In this document: in pieces, positions 37,219-38,352 of the stretch
Layout: each line of letters begins with the position of its first letter
Numbering within the stretch: position 1 is the first letter of the stretch
Translations under genes and position numbers: made by a program
Notes under the pieces: model-generated
What the model saw: only the letters and a program-made list of their open reading frames with translations
Told to the model about the DNA's origin: nothing
Databases searched by the model: none
DNA from: Ascoidea asiatica JCM 7603
Lineage: Eukaryota; Fungi; Ascomycota
DNA length: 38,352 nucleotides
NCBI GenBank assembly: GCA_001600695.1
Contig: BCKQ01000023.1
Coordinates: forward strand, 1 to 38,352
Direction of reading: 5' to 3'

Positions 37219-38352
37219 TTTTTGTTTTTTGTTTATATTTTAAGTTTTGTAAATAAGTAGTTTGATGTTCTCAAAATGTATATTCACATAGTTGTGCATT
37301 AAAGGTTTTAACAAATATTTCTCAGAGTTATAAATTGTATTATCGGTTAAGTTAAAAAAAACAACTATTATAATTGTTTATCGAAAGTTAACATTGTGTA
37401 AAATGATTAGTATAGCTTAAACTTTGATTTATATTTTCAGTGTTTTTCAATAAAGTGGAGCTTTTTTGTGCATTTGCATGCCTTCTATCGAGCTCTTGAT
37501 ATATAGTATAGTTTTCTGCATGAAAGATGAAAATAAAATATCTTTCAAGGTTTAGGTTTTTTATTTCGTTTACTATAAAGATTTATTTTTGTAAAGATAT
37601 ATATACTTGACATTAATGTAACAGATTTTTAATTATGGCTTTCAAGGTTTGATTACCTTAGTTGATTCAATTGAAACCTATTCCTTAAAAGTTTTTTGTA
37701 CAGTCTGTTATAGATTGTGTAAAGGAACTTACCTTTTTATTTTAGGATTTCATCCAATTTCAAATTGCATGTTCTTTTCACGACAAAATCCATTTTTTGC
37801 AGGGTAACTTGCTTGTTCTTCTCATCAGCGATGTTAAATGTATTTTGATATATGTATCTATTTATCGTTGATCTACAATCTCACCCTCTTAATTACCGTC
37901 AGTTTGGGTGCGTAATGGGGAGTAATATTTGTACGATTTAAGGGTAATTTTTTAAGATGTTAGGCTTTAAGGGGCATGTCACTCATTGTGACACACAATG
38001 TATGACACCCTCTTAGAGAGCCACATCTTATTCGTCATTTCACCAAGGTTGACTCCTAAATGTGAAAACTGAACCCTAAAAATAATAGTCAACATTATTC
38101 ACAGGGTAATTGAAAAGAAAAACTCTTTTTACATTTTACTTTGAAGTTTCAAATTACATAAATACTTCTATATTGTTTCTATATCTAATTATATAATTTG
38201 TAATAAATATAAAACTAAGCATTTTATTTACAACATTTAAGAATATAAAATTACTTTATTACTTTACTTAATTAATTTTTTATCTCTATTTCCTTCTAAA
38301 GTTCAACCATTTATTAAACGTTTGATATTTATTATTACTTACTTCAATTGTA

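Noticed and set aside
1-38352. tRNA or rRNA genes and intact cellular genes
   Set aside because: None were recognised by eye; a tRNAscan-SE or Infernal run is needed to exclude them.

Overview
This AT-rich eukaryotic window (most consistent with a fungus or yeast; inference) contains no intact housekeeping gene and is a nested graveyard of mobile elements. Recognisable parts are: (i) a minus-strand Ty1/copia pol remnant (INT plus RT, 316-2700) cut at its YVDD motif by an LTR; (ii) two copies of an LTR packed with perfect heat-shock elements (1-315 partial, ~11782-12445), the complete copy also carrying a phased GATA array; (iii) a gypsy-type gag-protease remnant (~3400-4600) and possibly a second one (~7950-9400); (iv) two diverged ~1.2 kb TG..CA solo LTRs (6415-7678 minus, 20454-21660 plus); (v) a complete but decayed plus-strand Ty1/copia element (~25707-31520) with very diverged LTRs; (vi) a hAT transposase pseudogene (~32132-34233); (vii) a pogo/Fot1-type transposase pseudogene (~35850-37218). 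The least explained signal is a module repeated 3-4 times, nearly always on the minus strand, between ~4.8 and 23.5 kb. It has a GC-richer head, a small hydrophobic membrane-protein-like ORF, and a gene resembling the NOL4-like/integrase Zn-binding N-terminal domain without a catalytic core; some copies are followed by gag-protease but never by RT/INT. There is also a ~3 kb unidentified decayed plus-strand gene region (16140-19250) and a probable FG-nucleoporin (NUP42-like) gene relic. All alignments were made by eye and family resemblances come from memory, so boundaries are approximate.
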